This document shows, piece by piece, positions 18,731-28,519 of a stretch of DNA of 62,294 bases. The notes under the pieces were generated by a model, which saw only the letters and a list, made by a program, of their open reading frames with translations, was not told the origin of the DNA and did no database searches. Source of the stretch: an uncultured Clostridia bacterium (GTDB taxonomy: Bacteria; Bacillota; DTU025; MWDF01); assembly GCA_964577435.1 (NCBI GenBank), contig CAZNZD010000003.1, positions 1 to 62,294 of the forward strand, in the 5' to 3' direction. Position 1 is the stretch's first letter; every line of letters starts with the position of its first letter. The position numbers were made by a program, and so were the translations under genes.

Positions 18731-19017
18731 CTGCTCCCGCCGTCCTTTCCGGTGCCGGCGAGAAGGCCGAGCTTAATTGGCTTCGCCGGGGGCCTGAAGC
18801 TCGGAGGCTTGACCTCGCTTACCTCGATGCCCTTAAGGCGCGCGATCTCCCTTACGAGTATGTCGGTGCAGCCCCTGCCCTGGCAGGGCCCCATTCCAAT
18901 CCGCGTTACCCTTTTTAGCTCCTCGGGGGTGTCATAGCCTCTTAGTATCCACTCCCTGACCTCGTCGATGGTGATCTCCTCGCATCTGCAGATATATACC
19001 TTCTCGTTACCTGCCAT
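18727..19017 (-). CDS. BFD-like (2Fe-2S)-binding protein
   Basis: ICRCEEIT and KRVTRIGMGPCQGRGC. Confidence 0.85.
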   Translation of the reverse strand: MAGNEKVYICRCEEITIDEVREWILRGYDTPEELKRVTRIGMGPCQGRGCTDILVREIARLKGIEVSEVKPPSFRPPAKPIKLGLLAGTGKDGGSR

Positions 19018-19528
19018 CGGAGCCCACCACCCTTACCGCCCTTACCTTATCCTTGAACTCCATGGGCACTGGCACCGCCACGACGTAGGTCCGATCCTTG
19101 AAAGGCTCTAATACCTGCTCAATCATCGACCGGTAAACCACATTGCCCTCCCTGTCCAGGCATTCCGCCTCCATGCCCTTAGAGGGCCTGGGAAGCATCT
19201 CATAAGGCAGCTTCATGAGCGCCCAGCCATCCTTCCAGGCGAGGTCGACCACGAAGCAGGCCAGCCCGGGGCATCTGGCGACGCACCTTGCGCATCCTGT
19301 ACACTTCGAGTAATCCACCCTGGGGACGTCGTTTATGTCCTCGAAGGGGAGCACGGCGCCCGTGGGGCAGCTGGTGTGGCACGGGTTGCAGGGTATCCTC
19401 TGCGGGCACTCGATGACCACGTAGCCGTTCCTCTTCTTAAGCCAGGCCGCATCCTCCGGAACGCAGATTCCGGCCCTTCTTCCGGTAAGCACGCCGGAGC
19501 CGTAAAGAAGCTCCTCTGCCGTAGGCAT
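19007..19528 (-). CDS. 4Fe-4S dicluster ferredoxin-like protein
   Basis: CPQRIPCNPCHTSCP and CTGCARCVARCPGLAC. Confidence 0.85.
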   Translation of the reverse strand: MPTAEELLYGSGVLTGRRAGICVPEDAAWLKKRNGYVVIECPQRIPCNPCHTSCPTGAVLPFEDINDVPRVDYSKCTGCARCVARCPGLACFVVDLAWKDGWALMKLPYEMLPRPSKGMEAECLDREGNVVYRSMIEQVLEPFKDRTYVVAVPVPMEFKDKVRAVRVVGSDGR

Positions 19529-19531
19529 CGG

Positions 19532-20620
19532 TCACTCGCCTCCTTCGCAAAGGGCGCATGCGATGCCCGCCCTGATCTTGTCGCAGACTTCCCCGGCCCT
19601 CAGGTGCTCGAGCCTCGCGACGAAGCTTTCATGCCTGCCTGCTATAGGCCCATATCCTAGAGATGCGGCGGCTCCGAGCCCGGCAAGCCTTCCTTCCACC
19701 ATGGCCGAGCTCGCCTCCTCTATCCCGGAGGCGTCGCCGGCGACCCAGATGTCCCTGTTAGTGGTCCTAAGGCCGCAGTCTCTTACCGGCACATAGCCGC
19801 AAAGCTGAGGTATGTATCTCATCTGGCATCCAGCCTGCCAAAGCATCTCCACCGTGGGAGTCAGCCCTACGGCAAGGCAGATGGTGTCGCAATCGACGGC
19901 GAATTCCCTTCCTGTGGGCCTGAACCTCTCGTCGAGCTCCATCACTTCCGCCCCTGTTACCACCGTGTCTCCCAGCGCCCTCTTTATGCTGTGCATGAGG
20001 TGGATCGGCACGCCCAGGCGCCTGATCTTCGCAGCGTGCACCCAATAGCCGCCCACCCTGGGCATGGCCTCCAGAACACCAGCGACTTCGACTCCCGCCT
20101 GCATGAGCTGATAGGCGACTATTATGCCGATGTTGCCGGCGCCGACCATGAGCACCCTCTTTCCGGGCGCCACGCCGTACACATTCATCAGAGTCTGCAC
20201 CGCGCCCGCCCCGTATACCCCGGGCAGGTCGTTTCCGGGGAAAGGTATAAGCCTCTCCTGCGCGCCTGCGGCAAGTACGATCTTCCTGGGCCTAACGAGG
20301 AAGTACTCCTCCTCGCCTCTTGTAAGGGCCACGGTGCCATCCTCGCGGTAATAGCCTGTGGCAGTCGTGTCCGTCATCGCGCAAACCTTGCCGGAGAGCC
20401 CCCTAAGCTCCTCAAGCAATATGTCCGAAATCCTGTAGCCCCTGGTGCCGGCATACTCGTCCCGGCTTCCGAAGAACTTATGAGTCTGCTTGATGAGCTG
20501 CCCTCCCAGCATCGGGGCGCTGTCCACCAGCATCACCCCAGCTCCCATCGATGCCGCCTCGCAAGCCGCCGAAAGGCCCGCCGGCCCTCCCCCAATAACG
20601 AGGATTTCCGTCTCAAGCAT
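19532..20620 (-). CDS. FAD/NAD(P)-dependent oxidoreductase (sarcosine oxidase alpha-like core)
   Basis: VIGGGPAGLSAA, GGQLIKQTHKFFG, FPGNDLPGVYGAGA, GAGNIG, WVAGDASG. Confidence 0.88.
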   Translation of the reverse strand: MLETEILVIGGGPAGLSAACEAASMGAGVMLVDSAPMLGGQLIKQTHKFFGSRDEYAGTRGYRISDILLEELRGLSGKVCAMTDTTATGYYREDGTVALTRGEEEYFLVRPRKIVLAAGAQERLIPFPGNDLPGVYGAGAVQTLMNVYGVAPGKRVLMVGAGNIGIIVAYQLMQAGVEVAGVLEAMPRVGGYWVHAAKIRRLGVPIHLMHSIKRALGDTVVTGAEVMELDERFRPTGREFAVDCDTICLAVGLTPTVEMLWQAGCQMRYIPQLCGYVPVRDCGLRTTNRDIWVAGDASGIEEASSAMVEGRLAGLGAAASLGYGPIAGRHESFVARLEHLRAGEVCDKIRAGIACALCEGGE

Positions 20621-20951
20621 CGTCGCGTCCCCCCGTCTCCGCAGGAGGCAGGGATCCCCTGCCATGCTGGGTCTGAACCTCCATGCCTTCGCGCAATGGC
20701 GTCACGCAGGTCCTTACGTTCGGGATGCCGTCTACGACCATGAAGCACGAGCTGCATTTCCCGATGGCGCAGAAAAAGCCCCGCGGCCTTTTATCCACGG
20801 GGCTATGCCTGTACACCTTCACGCCGTTGGCGTGCAGAGCCACGGCTATCGGCTCACCTTCGAAGCCCTGCAAGAGGGATCCGTCGAAAGTGAACTCCAC
20901 TTTCCTTCCATGCTTGAATTCCAGTATAGGGTGTGAATCGATCAACTCCAC
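20613..20951 (-). CDS. (2Fe-2S)-binding protein (sarcosine oxidase alpha N-terminal-like)
   Basis: EGEPIAVAL, RPRGFFCAIGKCSSC, NVRTC; AGGAGG SD before GTG 20951. Confidence 0.85.
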   Translation of the reverse strand: MELIDSHPILEFKHGRKVEFTFDGSLLQGFEGEPIAVALHANGVKVYRHSPVDKRPRGFFCAIGKCSSCFMVVDGIPNVRTCVTPLREGMEVQTQHGRGSLPPAETGGRDDA

Positions 20952-21046
20952 CTTATCCCTCCTGATCATCTGCATGCTGACTTTTCCGATGGGTGAGAAA
21001 CAAACCGGGCCATGGGCCATGGCCCGGCGATTACACTGCCTTAAGG

Positions 21047-22975
21047 TTACCTCTCCTCTGCCGCGGGTTTGTTGAGGGGTGCGGAGAGCGGCTCCTTATC
21101 CGTAGTCCCTGAGCCGGATGATTCCTGCTGGGCTGCCGGCTCCGGCATCGGAACCTGCATGGGCGGAAGCTCCTTCCCCTCAAGGACGAGGTCGAGCTCG
21201 CTTCCTTCGAGGTTCTCGCGCTCTTTGAGCACAGCCGCGACCCTCTTCAGAAGCTCCATGTTGTCGGACAGAAGCTGCTTGGCCTTGGAGTAGCACTGGT
21301 CCACTATGGCCTTTACTTCCTTGTCTATCTGGGCGGCGACTTCCTCGGAGTAGTTCCTCTCGCGGGAGATGTCCCTTCCAAGGAAGACGTTCTGTGTCTC
21401 GGGCCTGCCGTAGGTTATGAGGCCGAGGCTGCTCATCCCGTATTCGACTACCATCTTCCTGGCAAGGCTCGTCGCCCTCTCCAGGTCCTTCGACGCTCCG
21501 GTGGAGACGTCGTCCAGGCATAGCTCCTCTGCGACGCGCCCGCCCAGCGACATGGTGATGTTGTTTATGATGTCCTCCTTGGATGAGTACCTGAATTTCC
21601 TCTCATCCTCGGGAATTACCAGCGTGAAGCCGCCTGCGCTTCCTCTTCCCACTATGGAGACCTTCACGACAGGGTCGGCGTCGGGCAGGAGCTTCGCGAG
21701 AAGCGCGTGCCCCGTCTCGTGGTAAGCTACAAGGTCCTTCTCCTTATCGGTGAGAAGGCGCCCCTTCTTGGCGGGTCCCATCACTATCCTTTCGATGGCC
21801 TCGTCCATGAGGTCCATCGATATCTTCTTCCTTCTGTAGCGCACTGTGAGAAGCGCGGCCTCGTTCAGAAGGTTCTCAAGGTCTGCCCCCGTGAAACCGG
21901 GCGTGCGCCTTGCCAGCTCCTTGAGGTTTATCTCGGAGAGCTGCTTGTTTCTCGCATAGATCTTCAGTATCTCCTCGCGCCCCTTAGCGTCGGGGACATC
22001 GAGCGTTATCTGCCTGTCGAACCTGCCTGGCCTGAGAAGCGCGGGGTCAAGCACGTCCGGCCTGTTGGTCGCGGCGACCACTATCACCCCGGAGTTGTTC
22101 TCGAAGCCGTCCATCTCCACTAGCAGCTGGTTTAATGTCTGCTCCCTCTCGTCGTGCCCGCCGCCCAGGCCTGCGCCCCTCTGGCGGCCGACGGCGTCTA
22201 TCTCGTCAATAAAGATGATGCAGGGGGCGGCCTTCTTGGCCTGCGTGAACATGTCGCGGACCCTGCTTGCGCCCACGCCTACGAACATCTCGACGAAGTC
22301 GGAGCCCGATATGAAGAAGAAGGGCACGCCCGCTTCTCCCGCCAAGGCCCTAGTCACATGGGTCTTGCCCGTGCCGGGAGGCCCCATGAGCAGTATGCCC
22401 TTGGGTATCCTTGCGCCCATCTCGGTGAAGCGCCTGGGGTACTTCAGGTAGTCAACGATCTCCGCTAGCTCCTCCATGACCTCGTCTATGCCGGCCACGT
22501 CGGCGAAGGTGACCTTGCCCCGCCCGTCGGACTGCAGGCGCGCCCTGCTCTTTCCGAACTGCATGGCGCGGTTGTTGGAGCCCTGCATCTGGTTGAGCAT
22601 GAACATGAAGAACAGGCCCAGGGCCACTATGAAGAAGATGTTGGGAAGAAGCGTCAGGAGCCAGTCGTTCGTCTTGGGCTTCTCAGATATGGTCAGTCCG
22701 GCGAACTTCTCGGGGTTGCTTTTGACATCCTCGATAAGCCCCGCCGAATTCGTGTAATAGAGCTCGAACTTCTTCCCGTCCTTCAGCTCTCCGCTTATTA
22801 TCCCCTCGGGCAGTATCTCAAGCACCTTGACGTTGCCGGCGTTCCATTCGGTGATGAAGCCGTCCGCAGTCATCTCTTCGGCCTTGTTCTGCGATCCGAG
22901 GAAGTTCTGTCCTATTGTTACGGCGATTAGGAAAATAAGTATCCATAACGCCGCCCTTTGAAAACCACGGTTCAA
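21047..22975 (-). CDS. ftsH: ATP-dependent zinc metalloprotease FtsH
   Basis: Two TM helices, [44 protein letters not shown]. Confidence 0.97.
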   Translation of the reverse strand: MNRGFQRAALWILIFLIAVTIGQNFLGSQNKAEEMTADGFITEWNAGNVKVLEILPEGIISGELKDGKKFELYYTNSAGLIEDVKSNPEKFAGLTISEKPKTNDWLLTLLPNIFFIVALGLFFMFMLNQMQGSNNRAMQFGKSRARLQSDGRGKVTFADVAGIDEVMEELAEIVDYLKYPRRFTEMGARIPKGILLMGPPGTGKTHVTRALAGEAGVPFFFISGSDFVEMFVGVGASRVRDMFTQAKKAAPCIIFIDEIDAVGRQRGAGLGGGHDEREQTLNQLLVEMDGFENNSGVIVVAATNRPDVLDPALLRPGRFDRQITLDVPDAKGREEILKIYARNKQLSEINLKELARRTPGFTGADLENLLNEAALLTVRYRRKKISMDLMDEAIERIVMGPAKKGRLLTDKEKDLVAYHETGHALLAKLLPDADPVVKVSIVGRGSAGGFTLVIPEDERKFRYSSKEDIINNITMSLGGRVAEELCLDDVSTGASKDLERATSLARKMVVEYGMSSLGLITYGRPETQNVFLGRDISRERNYSEEVAAQIDKEVKAIVDQCYSKAKQLLSDNMELLKRVAAVLKERENLEGSELDLVLEGKELPPMQVPMPEPAAQQESSGSGTTDKEPLSAPLNKPAAEER

Positions 22976-23028
22976 ATCGATATCCTCCTTACGGGTCAGA
23001 CGCGCATTACCTTAATATTATACCATCA

Positions 23029-24588
23029 TCAGGCCCCGCATCGGCCAGACCGCTTCTTCCATTCTATGCCAAGCACGAGAGCTGCGGCCGTCTCGGGCCC
23101 CAGCTTGGCGACGCTTGCCTGCCTGATGCCTGGCACCCATGCGATTGTTCCGTCGGAAAGCGTGACCACAGGCCATAGCGACCTTCTGTCCTTAGGCACC
23201 TTGGCGTCCGTGAAGAGGTCCTGCAGCTTTTTCTTCCCCCTCATTCCGAACGGCGTGACGGCGTCCCCGGGTTCCCATGCCCTTATGCCAGGCTCTCCTG
23301 CGAGGTCCAGGTCGAAGACGGCCCATTCTGTCCCGGCACCCTCCTCGGCGGCATAGCCCGGCCCCATCGCCCTTGACGCGATGGCGGCAAGCTCGGCATG
23401 AGTGTAGCGCCTCCTGCCGGAGAGCTCCTCGGGCATCTCAATGGATGCCGCCCTGATCCTCATAAGAGGCGTGTCGGTTATACCCGGCACCTCTATCCTC
23501 ATGCCGTGAAGCTTTGCCAGGCCGCTCTCACCGCTCCGCCTTTCGATCGTCAGCTCCCTGCCGCTTCTTGCTGCCCTGACTCCTCCGGGAAGGTAAAGGG
23601 ACCTCGCCCTTCCGGTGGAAGTGGCAAGCCTTGCAAGGTAGGTCTGGTTCGAGGCATAAAGGTCGGACGCGCTCCCCCTCACATAGGCGAACGCGATCCT
23701 AAGGCATCTGGCGACAACCGCGGCAGGTATGCCCTTTAATGAGTCGAGGTCCAGCACCGCCCCCTCGTTGGGCGCGCCTGACCTGAACGACTTCCTGAAG
23801 GCCTTCTCGCCGAGCTCGTCAAGGGCTGCCGATTCGTCTCTGGCAAGCTCCGCCGTCCTGCAGAGCACGTCGACTATGCTCGCCGAGTAGCTCTTCTCAA
23901 GAAGGGGCATCAGCTCGTGCCTCACCTTGTTCCTCAGATACCCGGTGTCTAGGTTGCTGGCATCCTCCCTGTATTCAAGGCCGCTGGCTTCCGCGTAGTA
24001 GGCGACGTCCTGCTTCCTTACGGATATGAGGGGCCTTACTATGAAAATCCCGCCGGAGCTCCTGATGGCCGGCATCGCGCCCATGCCCCTGGTCCCGGTG
24101 CCCCTGATGATCCTCATGAGGACCGTCTCGGCCTGGTCGTCGGCATGGTGAGCAAGGGCTGCATACCTTGCGCCGAACTCCTCGGCCACCTCCCTGTAAA
24201 AGGAGTACCTCGCACGCCTTCCCGCATCCTCTAGGTTAAGCCCGCGGTCGGATGCCTCCCTTGCGATGTCCTTCGTAACAGACCTGAAGGGTATGCCCCT
24301 CTTCTCACAGAAGGCCCTGCAGTGCTCCTGGTCAGCATCCGAATCCGCGCCCCTTAACCCGTGGTTCAGGTGCGCAGCCACAGGCTGGATTCCGATTTCC
24401 GGTCCCAGCTCGTACAGCACATAGAGGAGCACAGTGGAATCAACTCCACCGGAGAAGCCCACGACGACGGGCTCCACTGCCCCTTCCTCTCTGTCCTTGA
24501 ACAGGGCGACGAAGAACTCCCGGACGGCCTTCTCCGCGCAACCGGATGGGCCGCCGGGGCTTCCGGCGCAAGCCAGTCCTCTTTTCAA
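23029..24588 (-). CDS. tilS: tRNA(Ile)-lysidine synthase
   Basis: SGGVDS PP-loop, HLNHGLRG, AHHADDQAET, DASN, RNKVRH, KKKLQDLFTDAKVP; start codon uncertain. Confidence 0.93.
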   Translation of the reverse strand: MKRGLACAGSPGGPSGCAEKAVREFFVALFKDREEGAVEPVVVGFSGGVDSTVLLYVLYELGPEIGIQPVAAHLNHGLRGADSDADQEHCRAFCEKRGIPFRSVTKDIAREASDRGLNLEDAGRRARYSFYREVAEEFGARYAALAHHADDQAETVLMRIIRGTGTRGMGAMPAIRSSGGIFIVRPLISVRKQDVAYYAEASGLEYREDASNLDTGYLRNKVRHELMPLLEKSYSASIVDVLCRTAELARDESAALDELGEKAFRKSFRSGAPNEGAVLDLDSLKGIPAAVVARCLRIAFAYVRGSASDLYASNQTYLARLATSTGRARSLYLPGGVRAARSGRELTIERRSGESGLAKLHGMRIEVPGITDTPLMRIRAASIEMPEELSGRRRYTHAELAAIASRAMGPGYAAEEGAGTEWAVFDLDLAGEPGIRAWEPGDAVTPFGMRGKKKLQDLFTDAKVPKDRRSLWPVVTLSDGTIAWVPGIRQASVAKLGPETAAALVLGIEWKKRSGRCGA

Positions 24589-24591
24589 GTC

Positions 24592-25074
24592 CTATCTCCC
24601 CTTCTGAAAGAAGGTCGCAAGCCCCAGTACGATCAGTATGACGGGCCAATAGGTCCCAAGGTCGAAGTCCACCCTGAACAGCCCGAACTTGTCGGCAAGC
24701 AGCACGAAGCCGACAGCCGCGTACACAAGCCCGATGAGAAGCCCGCGGACCGTCCCGGACATAAGAGAGTTGGACATGAAGGCCAATCCCAGTATGATGA
24801 CGAAGACGGGCCACAGCTTGTTAATCCCTCCGGTAAGGTATCCGCTTTCCGTAAGAAGAAACAGAAGGCCCACGAAGAACAGGATCACCGCACCGAAGAG
24901 CGGATCCTTCTCTCCCCTGCGGACGGCGTCGGCGCCTATCGCAGCTCCGAGTGCCATCAGAAGCACGGGCCAGAGCACCAGCTTATTGGGCAGGACCCCC
25001 ATGCCCAGGTTGTTAAGAAGAAGCACGACGCCCACAGCTATGAGGGCCAGCGCCAAGAACACCCTGCCTCTCAT
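24592..25074 (-). CDS. Membrane protein with duplicated LiaI/LiaF-like (DUF5668) TM units
   Basis: Repeated 'G..L..N.G.....LWPV.L..LG' units. Confidence 0.7.
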   Translation of the reverse strand: MRGRVFLALALIAVGVVLLLNNLGMGVLPNKLVLWPVLLMALGAAIGADAVRRGEKDPLFGAVILFFVGLLFLLTESGYLTGGINKLWPVFVIILGLAFMSNSLMSGTVRGLLIGLVYAAVGFVLLADKFGLFRVDFDLGTYWPVILIVLGLATFFQKGR

Positions 25075-25099
25075 TTTCTCCCCTCCAAGAACAAGATTT

Positions 25100-25378
25100 T
25101 TAGACTTCGTCCTCGTCGTCGTCATCGTCATTCGCGGCGATGATCTCCTCAGGTTCCACCTTCGTCGCGGGCTCTCCCGCCTTGCCGGTGGAGAAGCTCA
25201 CTTCCACGGTGGTCTTCTTGGGTTCGTCCCTTCTAATGAAGACCCACAGGCCGATTATGATGAGCACCACAGGCCACAGCCTGATTATGTAGCTCAGCCT
25301 GAACAAGCCGAGGTTGTCCCCCAGAAGCACGAGCCCGAGGAGAACCAGCACCAGCGCGAACCAGTCCTTACCCTTCAT
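25100..25378 (-). CDS. Small LiaI/LiaF-like (DUF5668) membrane protein with acidic tail
   Basis: LVLLGLVLLGDNLGLF...RLWPVVLIIIG; C-terminal DDDDEDEV. Confidence 0.7.
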   Translation of the reverse strand: MKGKDWFALVLVLLGLVLLGDNLGLFRLSYIIRLWPVVLIIIGLWVFIRRDEPKKTTVEVSFSTGKAGEPATKVEPEEIIAANDDDDDEDEV

Positions 25379-25423
25379 CTTACGCACCTCCCAGGCGGCC
25401 CCGCCGCCCATGTTGTCTTAGGA

Positions 25424-26797
25424 TTATATGTTGATGGCCAACCCGTAGGCGGCCTCAGCGGCCTCAAGCACTGACTCGGCGAGCGTCGGATGCGCATGGA
25501 CCGTATGGCCGACTTCCTTAAGCGTAAGGCCGGCAGTCACGGCAAGCGTCACCTCGGCGATTATGTCCGACGCGTGGGCTCCCACTACGGTTCCGCCTAT
25601 CACCCTGCCGGAACCGTCTGCGACCAGCTTCGCGAAGCCCTCGGGCTCTCCCATCGCGGATGCCTTGCCCAGCGCCGAGTAGGGGAACCTTCCTACCGTG
25701 TACTCGATTCCTGAAGACTTCGCGCCGTCCTCGCTCACTCCGACCTGGGCAACCTCGGGATGAGTGAAGATGCAGTTAGGTACGGCATAATAATCCATCG
25801 TGCGGTTTCCGCCGGCCATGTTAGCCGCGCAGACCATGCCCTGGTAAGAGGCCACATGGGCGAGCTGCATCCTATTATTCACGTCGCCGATGGCCCAGAT
25901 TCCGGGCACGTTCGTCCTCATCGAGTTGTCGACGACGATCTCCCCGGCCTCGCCGATCTCGACTCCTGCATCCGCAGCTCCTGCTGACGATCCGTTAGGC
26001 CCTCTTCCGATGGACAGGAGCATCCTGTCCGCCTCGATGCGCCTTCCGTCCTCCAGGACCGCGGCTACCCTGCCTTCCGCCTTCTCCACGGATTTTACGC
26101 CTACTCCTGTTATGACCTCCATGCCCCTCTTCCTGAAAGAGGCCGCCACTGTGGCTGCCGCCTCCTCGTCCACCATGGGAAGTATCCTCGGCATAACGTC
26201 GACTAGGGTCACCTTGCTGCCGAACGTGCCGTAGATGCTCGCGAACTCGCATCCGATGACTCCGGCGCCTACTACCAGCAGCTCCCCCGGCACTTCCTTC
26301 AGGGCCAGCATCTCGTCGGAGGTGAGGACCAGGCTCCCGTCGTAGCCGAACATTTTCGGGGTTACGGGCGAAGAGCCGGTAGCTATCACGATGTTCTTTG
26401 TTTCATACAATTGTTTGGTGCCGTCTGCGGCGGTCACTTCGACCTTCCCGGCGGATTCCACCCTGGCGTCGCCGTTTATCACGGTGATCCCGTTCTTCTT
26501 CATCAGGTAGCCCACACCGGCTTTTAGCTTGGCTGTTACCCTGTCCTTCCTGGACATCGCCTTTGCTATGTCGAAGCTTACTCCCTCGGAGTTGATGCCG
26601 TACTCGGCCCCCCTCCTTGCGTTTGCCAGCATCTCCGCAGTGTGCGAGAGCGCCTTGGTGGGGATGCATCCCCAGTTAAGGCAAATGCCCCCCAAGTGCT
26701 TCCTCTCAGCGACCGCCACTTTGAGCCCGAGCTGGGCCGACCTTATCGCGCAGGTGTAACCTCCGGGTCCTCCGCCTATGACCAGAACATCGAACAT
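25424..26797 (-). CDS. lpdA: Dihydrolipoyl dehydrogenase (L-protein/E3)
   Basis: GGGPGGY, GGICLNWGCIPTK redox disulfide, HAHPTLAE; divergent from the gcv operon. Confidence 0.96.
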   Translation of the reverse strand: MFDVLVIGGGPGGYTCAIRSAQLGLKVAVAERKHLGGICLNWGCIPTKALSHTAEMLANARRGAEYGINSEGVSFDIAKAMSRKDRVTAKLKAGVGYLMKKNGITVINGDARVESAGKVEVTAADGTKQLYETKNIVIATGSSPVTPKMFGYDGSLVLTSDEMLALKEVPGELLVVGAGVIGCEFASIYGTFGSKVTLVDVMPRILPMVDEEAAATVAASFRKRGMEVITGVGVKSVEKAEGRVAAVLEDGRRIEADRMLLSIGRGPNGSSAGAADAGVEIGEAGEIVVDNSMRTNVPGIWAIGDVNNRMQLAHVASYQGMVCAANMAGGNRTMDYYAVPNCIFTHPEVAQVGVSEDGAKSSGIEYTVGRFPYSALGKASAMGEPEGFAKLVADGSGRVIGGTVVGAHASDIIAEVTLAVTAGLTLKEVGHTVHAHPTLAESVLEAAEAAYGLAINI

Positions 26798-26962
26798 CGC
26801 GAAACCTCCATGGATATATTAACGAAGCGGAGAGGCTCCCAGTTGTGCTATTCGCCGCATCCTCCGCTATGTCCTATTAGCCCAAGGAGTATTATATAAT
26901 AGTAAGCGGCAAGAACCGCACTTTATTCGTATGCACAAGTTGTACACATCACAATATCGGAG

Positions 26963-28090
26963 GTGTCCCGATTGTCTGGATTGAAGAGGACCCCGCTTTA
27001 CGAGATGCACATTAAATACGGCGGCATGATTGTAGACTTCGGCGGCTGGGAGCTGCCCGTAAGGTACAAGGGGAAGGGCGACCTTGAGGAGCACAGGACA
27101 GTAAGGGAGGCAGTCGGCCTCTTCGACGTGTCCCATATGGGCGAGATAAGGGTCAAGGGGCCGGCCACGCTCAAGTTCGTAGACAACCTCATAACGAACG
27201 ATGTAGCAGGCGCCGAGATGAACCAGGTCACATACGCCCAGATGTGCTACCCCGAAGGCGGCATAGTGGACGACCTTCTGGCCTACAAGCTCTCCGACGA
27301 GGAGTTCTTCCTCGTGGTCAACGCCTCCAACTCCGACAAGGACTTCGAATGGATAAGAAAGCAGGCCGAGGGCTGGGATTGCACGGTCGTAAACGAATCA
27401 GCCGCATGGGCTGAAATCGCGGTGCAGGGCCCCAAGGCGCAGGAGCTGGTGCAGAGGCTCACCGACTACAATCTGGACGAGCTGAAGTTCTTCTACTGCA
27501 TGGAAAATGTGAGCATAGCAGGCGCGAAGTGCGTCATCTCGCGCACAGGCTACACCGGCGAGGACGGCTTCGAGATCTACATGAGGCCGGAGGATGCGGT
27601 GAATGTCTGGGAGAGCGCGATGAAGGCCGGCGAGGACCTCGGGGTATCGCCCTGCGGCCTCGGCTCGAGGGATTCGCTGAGGTTCGAGGCATGCCTGCCG
27701 CTTTACGGCCATGAGCTTTCGAAGGACATCACCCCCCTTGAAGCATCGCTCGGATACTTCGTGAAGCTGGACAAGCCCTCCTTCATAGGCAAGGACGCCT
27801 TAGTCGCCCAGAAGGAGAAGGGCCTGACAAGAAGGCAGGTAGGATTAGAGCTCATCGACAGGGGCATTCCCAGAAACGGCTACAAGGTCCTATCCCCCGA
27901 AGGCGCGGAGATAGGCTGGGTCACAAGCGGGCTTCCAAGCCCGACTCTGGGCAAGAACCTCGCAATGGCCCAGGTAGCCATGGCGTATGCCAAGGCCGGC
28001 ACGGAGATAGCGGTGCAGATTAGGGATAAGGCCATGAAGGCAGTAGTCGTAAAGACCCCGTTCTACAAGAAGGCTTATAAGAAGCCCTGA
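26963..28090 (+). CDS. gcvT: Glycine cleavage system T protein (aminomethyltransferase)
   Basis: KRTPLY, DFGGWELPVRY, FDVSHMGE, SRTGYTGEDGFE, GLGSRDSLRFEA. True start may be TTG 26972 (GGAGG SD). Confidence 0.96.
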   Translation: MSRLSGLKRTPLYEMHIKYGGMIVDFGGWELPVRYKGKGDLEEHRTVREAVGLFDVSHMGEIRVKGPATLKFVDNLITNDVAGAEMNQVTYAQMCYPEGGIVDDLLAYKLSDEEFFLVVNASNSDKDFEWIRKQAEGWDCTVVNESAAWAEIAVQGPKAQELVQRLTDYNLDELKFFYCMENVSIAGAKCVISRTGYTGEDGFEIYMRPEDAVNVWESAMKAGEDLGVSPCGLGSRDSLRFEACLPLYGHELSKDITPLEASLGYFVKLDKPSFIGKDALVAQKEKGLTRRQVGLELIDRGIPRNGYKVLSPEGAEIGWVTSGLPSPTLGKNLAMAQVAMAYAKAGTEIAVQIRDKAMKAVVVKTPFYKKAYKKP

Positions 28091-28128
28091 TGGACAGCAC
28101 ATTAAATTCACATACGGAGGTTATTGAT

Positions 28129-28500
28129 ATGTTCAAGTACGCAGACAGCCATGAATGGGCAAAGGCAGATGGCAAGCTCGTCACAGTGGGTATAAGCGAT
28201 TACGCGGCCGAGCACCTCGGCGATGTGATCTTCGCGGAGCTTCCCGCGGTCGGCTCGACCGTGAAGAAGGGCGCAAAGCTGGTCGACCTCGAATCGGTTA
28301 AGGCGGTTGCCGAGGTGTTCTCGCCTGTAAGCGGCAAGGTCGTGGAAGTCAACGGCAAAGTCGGCGACAACGCCGGGTTGATCAACGAGTCCCCCCAAGG
28401 CGACGGATGGATAGTGAAGATCGAGGCGGCCGACCCCGCCGAGCTGGATGCGCTGATGGACGAGGCAGCTTACCGCAAGTTCCTCGAGTCGCAGCATTAA
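28129..28500 (+). CDS. gcvH: Glycine cleavage system H protein
   Basis: SHEW, GISDYAAEHLGD, ESVKAV (lipoyl Lys), INESPQGDGW. Confidence 0.96.
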   Translation: MFKYADSHEWAKADGKLVTVGISDYAAEHLGDVIFAELPAVGSTVKKGAKLVDLESVKAVAEVFSPVSGKVVEVNGKVGDNAGLINESPQGDGWIVKIEAADPAELDALMDEAAYRKFLESQH

Positions 28501-28519
28501 GATTAGGAGGTAGCCGAAC

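Noticed and set aside
26798-26962. Glycine riboswitch upstream of gcvT
   Set aside because: The 165-bp intergenic region lacks the GGAGA...CCGAAG...CUCUCAGG aptamer motifs and looks like a divergent promoter region.
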